From assembly GCF_001945605.1 (NCBI RefSeq), contig NZ_MPKA01000055.1, forward strand, positions 1 to 32,000: a stretch of 32,000 bases of DNA. Reading direction: 5' to 3'. A program made the translations under genes and the position numbers. The notes beneath the pieces are model-generated. The model saw nothing but the letters and a program-made list of their open reading frames with translations, ran no database searches and had not been told where the DNA came from. Below are positions 25,845 to 32,000 of this stretch, in pieces. The stretch is from Dubosiella newyorkensis (lineage in GTDB: Bacteria > Bacillota_I > Bacilli_A > Erysipelotrichales > Erysipelotrichaceae). Positions within the stretch are counted from its first letter, which is position 1; every line of letters starts with the position of its first letter.

Positions 25845-26297
25845 ATGAAGATTCATGTGATAGTGGATGATTCGCTCGAAGAAACAGAAGTCTTCATTAA
25901 AACGCCAAAACTCGACCAAGAGATCTTGGCAATTGAAAGGGAACTTCGAAGGTCGCAGCGTACATTGCCTTTATATAAAGACAATACAGAATATTTTCTC
26001 CATGTGCACGAGATCTTGTTTTTCGAGACCGACGCAAGAGAAGTCATTGCTCATACCAAAGATGATATGTATTATACAGATCTTCGTCTTTATGAGCTTG
26101 AGGAAAGATTGCCATCTTCTTTCTTGCGGATCTCAAAGTCGGCGATCGTCAATGTGAAAAAAATATTCGCGCTGACGCGCAGCGTCTCATCGTGTTTAGT
26201 TCAATTCCAAGATACGTATAAACATGTATATGCGTCGCGCAGCTACTATAAAACGTTAAAAGCGAGAATGGATGAGGAAAAGGGGGATCTAGAATGA
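25845..26297 (+). CDS. LytTR-domain DNA-binding regulator (no receiver domain)
   Basis: The 150-aa product has a LytTR core, YFLHVHEILFFETDAREVIAHTKDDMYYTDLRLYELEERLPSSFLRISKSAIVNVKKI. The ORF-track start at 25746 overlaps the tRNA terminator and is rejected. Confidence 0.8.
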   Translation: MKIHVIVDDSLEETEVFIKTPKLDQEILAIERELRRSQRTLPLYKDNTEYFLHVHEILFFETDAREVIAHTKDDMYYTDLRLYELEERLPSSFLRISKSAIVNVKKIFALTRSVSSCLVQFQDTYKHVYASRSYYKTLKARMDEEKGDLE

Positions 26298-26983
26298 ACG
26301 AAAATTCGAATCGCAATTGGATATGGGGTGTCTTTTTCATTGTATGCGCCGTTTTAGTGATCTTGAATGGCTTTGGGATCTTGAATTTAGCCAAGTTTTT
26401 ATGGAAGATCCTTTTCACGCTCTTCTTTTTGATGGTCTATGCGGAATGCAAAAAGAAAAACGATGTGAGCGGAAAAGTGATTTGTTTAGCGATCTTGTTC
26501 GTGATGTGGCGAAACGTGATCGGCTTAGGCTTTATTTCGCTCGGGTCGATCATCATCTCTGTCATTCTTTTATTGATCGGACTTTCATTTTTGAATAAGC
26601 CCGAACATCCAAACATGGGAAAGGAAGAAGTGCTCATCGATGAAAATACGGACAATATCGTTCATTTAAAAGGAGCGTTCAATACCTCGAGCCATTATTT
26701 ACGCGGACAATCGGTCGAATCGGTCTATCTCACGCCTTCGTTTTGCTCAATGAGCGTCTATTTCGATCAGCTCGGCCTGCAAAAAGAAGAGATCGACGTT
26801 ATTCTTGATTGTGGATTTTGCGATCTAAAATTGTATATCCCTAAAAAATGGGGCGTTCGCAATGAAGCGAAAACACTTTTTGGTTCTATTCAAACCCAAG
26901 GAATGGCGCTTCCGCAAAATGAGCATGTTATCGTTCTGAAAGGAGAGGTCAATTTTGCCAGCGTCCACATCATCCGCATCTAA
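26294..26983 (+). CDS. Membrane protein with LiaF-like/DUF2154-type C-terminal domain (putative partner of the LytTR regulator)
   Basis: The 229-aa product has four N-terminal TM helices and a beta-rich C-terminal domain. Its start overlaps the LytTR stop as ATGA, and SD AAGGGGGA is present. Confidence 0.65.
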   Translation: MNENSNRNWIWGVFFIVCAVLVILNGFGILNLAKFLWKILFTLFFLMVYAECKKKNDVSGKVICLAILFVMWRNVIGLGFISLGSIIISVILLLIGLSFLNKPEHPNMGKEEVLIDENTDNIVHLKGAFNTSSHYLRGQSVESVYLTPSFCSMSVYFDQLGLQKEEIDVILDCGFCDLKLYIPKKWGVRNEAKTLFGSIQTQGMALPQNEHVIVLKGEVNFASVHIIRI

Positions 26984-27926
26984 GAAAAGGATGCGTTGGG
27001 GAATTCTCGGTGCTGGAAATATCGCTCACCGATTCATGGAAAGCATCGCCCATCATCTAGATTGCCGCGTCTTGAAGGTGAGCGCCCGCAATGAGGCTAA
27101 AGCGATCGCCTTTACCAAACAATACAACATTCCGATGTACACGCTTATACAAGAAGAGCTCTTCAACGATCCAGCGATCGACGCGCTCTATGTCGCTTTG
27201 CCCCATAAATTCCATAAAGAAACGATCATCAAGGCCTTGAAAGCAGGCAAGGCCGTACTTTGCGAAAAACCGCTGTCATTAAACGAAGCGGATGTTCAAG
27301 AAATCATACAAGTCCAAAACGAAACGGGGCTCTTATGCATGGAGGCCATGAAAACCCGTTTTACACCTGCCTATAAAGCGATGAAAAAGGAAGCGTCCTC
27401 TCTCGGTTCGCTTCATCTCATAGAAACGATATGGGATCTGAACGAACAAATTTCTCCATCTTCGTATTTTTGGGATGTGGAACAAGGGGGCATCTTGCTC
27501 GATTGTGGTATTTATGGAGTCGGCTTGATCCAGGATATGATGAAAGAAGATGTCGAACAGATTCAGACCGATCAAATCATTGAAAATGGTGTCGACATCT
27601 ATACGCGTTCGGTTTTAACGTATCCTTCTTGTCAAGCGAGCGTAGAATGCGCGATCGATCGAACGGAGCCGATCTTTGCCCGTCTCACCTTTGAACATGG
27701 CGTGATCACGATCCCGAATTTTCATCGGATGGAAAACTACATCGTTGAAAAAGAAGGAAAGGTGTTTGAAAGAAAGATTCCTTATGAAGTCGATGACTTT
27801 TATGGAGAAATCGACCACTTCGTTAAATTATGGCAAGAAAAAAGCACGATGAGTCTAGTCATGCCCCTCCAAGACTCTTTGGATTGCGCTTTCTTGATCG
27901 ATCAAATCAAACGAGCCGCTTCGTGA
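26955..27926 (+). CDS. Gfo/Idh/MocA-family NAD(P)-dependent oxidoreductase
   Basis: The product has the Rossmann N-terminus RWGILGAGNIAHRF, plus CEKPL. A TTG start at 26955 has SD AGGAGAGG 6 nt upstream. The alternative ATG at 26991 has a poorly spaced SD. Confidence 0.85.
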   Translation: MPASTSSASKKRMRWGILGAGNIAHRFMESIAHHLDCRVLKVSARNEAKAIAFTKQYNIPMYTLIQEELFNDPAIDALYVALPHKFHKETIIKALKAGKAVLCEKPLSLNEADVQEIIQVQNETGLLCMEAMKTRFTPAYKAMKKEASSLGSLHLIETIWDLNEQISPSSYFWDVEQGGILLDCGIYGVGLIQDMMKEDVEQIQTDQIIENGVDIYTRSVLTYPSCQASVECAIDRTEPIFARLTFEHGVITIPNFHRMENYIVEKEGKVFERKIPYEVDDFYGEIDHFVKLWQEKSTMSLVMPLQDSLDCAFLIDQIKRAAS

Positions 27927-27956
27927 AGTCAATTTTCGAATTGACTTCTTTTTTTT
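27925..27956 (+). terminator. Terminator of the LytTR-membrane-oxidoreductase unit
   Basis: The sequence is GAAGTCAATT-ttcg-AATTGACTTC, a perfect 10-bp stem, followed by T8. Confidence 0.9.
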
Positions 27957-28011
27957 GTGATAGCGCTTTCATAGCGAATCTGCTATTTTAATGGTGAGAG
28001 GGAGGTTGAAC

Positions 28012-28920
28012 ATGAATAAACTAGTGATTGATGTTGGAGGTACTTTTATTAAATACGCCATCATGGATATGGAGGCGAATATTTTATCAAAAGGTTCCGT
28101 TCCAACACCAATGGATTCTCGCGAACACTTTTTGAATGTGTTGGCGGATCTGTTTGAAGAAGCGCTGCCCGATGTGGATGGGATCGCGATTTCGCTGCCA
28201 GGCAATATTGATTCCTCGACTGGCTATGTCTATACGCCAGGATCTCTTTGGTATAACGCCAACACGAATGTCGCTCAAGATCTTCGTGCTCTGATTTTCG
28301 ATCGAACGGGAAAAGATGTTCCTGTTGCGATCGAAAACGATGGAAAATCAGCCGCTTTAGCCGAGCTTTGGAAAGGAAATCTTGCAGGGTGCGATTCGGG
28401 TGTCGTCATGATATTGGGAACTGGAATTGGTGGAGGAATCATTTTAGATGGTAAGATCGTCAAAGGGAAAAATTTTTTTGCGGGCGAGCTTTCTTTCTTG
28501 ATGAAAGATGTTTCAAAAAAAGGGTTCGATGAATGTCTAGCTCATGCGTGCAGCACGAGCGCTTTGACGAAAAAATGTGCGGTCGCTAAGAAGATAGAAG
28601 AAAGCGAAGTCGATGGATTCAAAGTGTTTGAATGGCTCGAGCAAGAGGATCCAGCGATCCATGAAGTCTTTAACGAAGTCGTCGACGCGATCGCGGGCAC
28701 GATCTACAATATGACCTGTATTTTAAATCCAGAACGCGTATTGATCGGGGGCGGGATCTCTAAACAGCCTCGCTTGATCGAAGCGATCAAAGAGAAGACA
28801 AACACGTATTATGACTCGGTTCCAGTGCCTATGCCTCGTACCGAAGTCAATGTGTGCAAGCATTTCAACGACTCAAATTTGATTGGCGCGCTCTATAATT
28901 ATTCTCTGCTTTATGAATAG
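28012..28920 (+). CDS. ROK-family sugar kinase (BglK-like beta-glucoside kinase candidate)
   Basis: The product has the N-terminal ATP motif LVIDVGGTFIKYA, plus ILGTGIGGG. GELSFLM stands in place of the usual ExGH, and there is no CxCGxxGC zinc motif. SD GAGGGAGG precedes the ATG at 28012. Confidence 0.75.
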   Translation: MNKLVIDVGGTFIKYAIMDMEANILSKGSVPTPMDSREHFLNVLADLFEEALPDVDGIAISLPGNIDSSTGYVYTPGSLWYNANTNVAQDLRALIFDRTGKDVPVAIENDGKSAALAELWKGNLAGCDSGVVMILGTGIGGGIILDGKIVKGKNFFAGELSFLMKDVSKKGFDECLAHACSTSALTKKCAVAKKIEESEVDGFKVFEWLEQEDPAIHEVFNEVVDAIAGTIYNMTCILNPERVLIGGGISKQPRLIEAIKEKTNTYYDSVPVPMPRTEVNVCKHFNDSNLIGALYNYSLLYE

Positions 28921-29020
28921 AAATAATGTCTTAGTTTTTTCGAGCATTTTGTTTCATTAGTTTTCATCTTTTCGTTTAAATGGAACTCGCTTACGAATCA
29001 ATTTATAAGTAATTTTTTGG

Positions 29021-29058
29021 TGAAAACGCTTTACACCTAAAGTTGCCCTGAGTAAAAT
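29021..29058 (+). promoter_or_regulatory. cre-like site overlapping the -35 of the EIIA promoter
   Basis: TGAAAACGCTTTACA (29021-35) resembles the CcpA cre consensus TGWAANCGNTNWCA with one extra base in the right half. The promoter is TTTACA (29030-35) and TAAAAT (29053-58) with a 17-nt spacer. Confidence 0.5.
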
Positions 29059-29106
29059 AAAGATACAAAAAGTTTACTGGAGTAAGAAGAAAAGAGGAAC
29101 TATAGA

Positions 29107-29427
29107 ATGGATACTAAACTTGATATGATGTCTTTCTCGATTCTGCGGAATGCTAGACGCGCTAAGAATTTAGCCTACAAAGCTTTAAAGCAAATGAAGG
29201 CCGGGAACCTTGATGAAGCTAGAGAGCTGATCGCTCAAAGCGATGAAGCGACGATCGAAGCGCAGAAAGCAGAAAGCGATCTTCTTGATTTCGTACAGGG
29301 AAACGAAAAAGAAGTCGAAACTTGGGTAGAGCATTCACAAGATCATTTGATGAGTTCTTTGATCGCTACAGAAACGGTTAAAGAAATGATCGAAATGTAT
29401 GAAGGGAATTTAGCAGTCCAAGCCTAA
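29107..29427 (+). CDS. PTS lactose/cellobiose-family EIIA component
   Basis: The 106-aa product is helical, with NARRAKNLAYKALK and the conserved HSQDHLMSSL (H-x-Q-D-H-L-M) phospho-His region. SD AAGAGGAA precedes the ATG. Confidence 0.85.
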   Translation: MDTKLDMMSFSILRNARRAKNLAYKALKQMKAGNLDEARELIAQSDEATIEAQKAESDLLDFVQGNEKEVETWVEHSQDHLMSSLIATETVKEMIEMYEGNLAVQA

Positions 29428-31123
<1,696 letters not shown>

Positions 31124-31125
<2 letters not shown>

Positions 31126-31149
31126 AAAAAGCCCATATGGGCTTTTTTT
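31124..31149. terminator. Bidirectional terminator between GH1 and the convergent dsbA-like gene
   Basis: The sequence is AAAAAAAGCCC-atat-GGGCTTTTTTT. Confidence 0.85.
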
Positions 31150-31151
31150 GG

Positions 31152-31820
31152 TTATCCGCAGCTTTTTGGCGAGCATGAAGCGCCCGTTTTGCCGCTTTCC
31201 GTATTGTTTTTTAAGATCTCTTTGAATTGCTTTTTATCGCGGTATCCAGGAACGATCTGTTCTCCGATCATAAAATAAGGAACGGATTCGATCTCCAAGA
31301 TCTCGGCTTGGCTTTCGTCTTTGCGGACATCGTCCTTGTAGGCCTCGGAGTCGAGCATTTCTTCGACCTTGTGGTGGTTTAATCCGGCTTTGCGGGCTAC
31401 TTCATAGAGGGTTTCGCGATTGGCGAGTTCTTTGTTTTCGATAAAGTACGCTTCAAAAAGAAGAGGGCGGATCTTATCTTCGACACCTTGTTCGCACGCA
31501 TACTTATAGAGACGGTGCGCGTCGAAGTCGTTGGTGTAGCGCATTTTCGTGAAGTCAAAATGGAGATCGGCATCTTCGGCGTATCGATGGATCTGATGGA
31601 ATCTTTGCTGTGCTTCTGCCGGGGACATGCCCTCTTCTTTTTCAAATTTTTCTTGAATCGAAAGCGTATAATGCTTGGAAGCTTTTGGATCGAGTTCATA
31701 CGCTTTCATTTCGATCTCCACATCGTCTTCCATGCCAAGCTCATGGACCGCTTCATACAGATTTGTTTCCGAAATGAAGCAATATGGGCATTCAAAATCG
31801 GCCCAATATTTAATTTTCAT
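31152..31820 (-). CDS. DsbA/FrnE-like thioredoxin-fold oxidoreductase
   Basis: The 222-aa product has an N-terminal CPYC active site (DFECPYCF), and its layout matches the cytoplasmic DsbA-FrnE/HCCA-isomerase-like family. SD AAAGAAGG precedes the ATG. Confidence 0.8.
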   Translation of the reverse strand: MKIKYWADFECPYCFISETNLYEAVHELGMEDDVEIEMKAYELDPKASKHYTLSIQEKFEKEEGMSPAEAQQRFHQIHRYAEDADLHFDFTKMRYTNDFDAHRLYKYACEQGVEDKIRPLLFEAYFIENKELANRETLYEVARKAGLNHHKVEEMLDSEAYKDDVRKDESQAEILEIESVPYFMIGEQIVPGYRDKKQFKEILKNNTESGKTGASCSPKSCG

Positions 31821-31865
31821 AGGATTACCTTCTTTCGCTTTGATTATAGCAATCGAAAAAATGTC

Positions 31866-31895
31866 TTGTTAAGTCATTTGCTAGTATAGTATACT
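31866..31895 (+). promoter_or_regulatory. Putative promoter with an embedded 13-bp perfect palindrome
   Basis: TTGTTA (31866-71) and TATACT (31890-95) are separated by an 18-nt spacer. The palindrome AGTATAgTATACT (31883-31895) covers the -10. Confidence 0.35.
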
Positions 31896-31923
31896 GAACA
31901 AAATCATCTTATGAGGGCAGTTT

Positions 31924-32000
31924 ATGTATTTGAATCAAGAAAAACGAATGATGATCAATGGCGCGCTGCAATATATCCTGCTTTTAGCGGAGCATAAAGA
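31924..32000 (+). CDS. Hypothetical protein, N-terminal 25 codons (runs off the right edge)
   Basis: The ATG at 31924 has GAGGG 6 nt upstream and reads MYLNQEKRMMINGALQYILLLAEHK.... The fragment is too short to assign to a family. Confidence 0.3.
   Translation, partial: MYLNQEKRMMINGALQYILLLAEHK

Overview
The window looks like a chromosomal segment from a Gram-positive (Bacillota-like) anaerobe. Most genes have strong GGAGG-type Shine-Dalgarno sites, nearly every operon ends in a hairpin plus T-run terminator, and there are PTS/cre elements and a glycyl-radical enzyme. The left edge (1 to about 1500) is decayed mobile or foreign DNA. The start of an IS3-family element sits inside an IS256-family transposase gene, and the surviving end of that IS256 remnant abuts a 5'-truncated, very AT-rich ABC exporter gene. 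Next, on the minus strand, is a complete kdpABC-kdpDE potassium-uptake operon. After that come brnQ, an M15B (VanY-like) peptidase, cysK, a glycyl-radical enzyme + activase + fructose-6-P aldolase operon, and an HdeD-like/Rrf2 pair. These are followed by a DJ-1/PfpI + glutamate-cysteine ligase + ATP-grasp operon, a uracil permease, two solitary tRNA-Arg genes (CCG and CCT), a DUF5688-like protein, a HAD hydrolase and a C69 dipeptidase. The right part holds a LytTR regulator + LiaF-like membrane partner + Gfo/Idh/MocA oxidoreductase, a beta-glucoside block (ROK kinase, orphan PTS EIIA, GH1 6-phospho-beta-glucosidase, two cre-like sites) and a DsbA/FrnE-like protein. I saw no CRISPR array, rRNA, prophage or recognisable defence island, and I cannot point to a clearly novel multi-gene system. 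The signals most worth a second look are: (1) kdpE has an in-frame loss of the receiver beta3/phospho-acceptor segment, while kdpD, kdpABC and a phased direct-repeat operator look intact; (2) GATC is strikingly over-represented and confined to coding sequence, and the HIP1-like octamer GCGATCGC recurs; (3) several genes lack an SD and have a -10 hexamer 6-7 nt upstream of the ATG (leaderless candidates); (4) the compact GRE-activase-FSA module; (5) the nested IS wreckage and two tiny coupled hydrophobic ORFs beside the kdp terminator.
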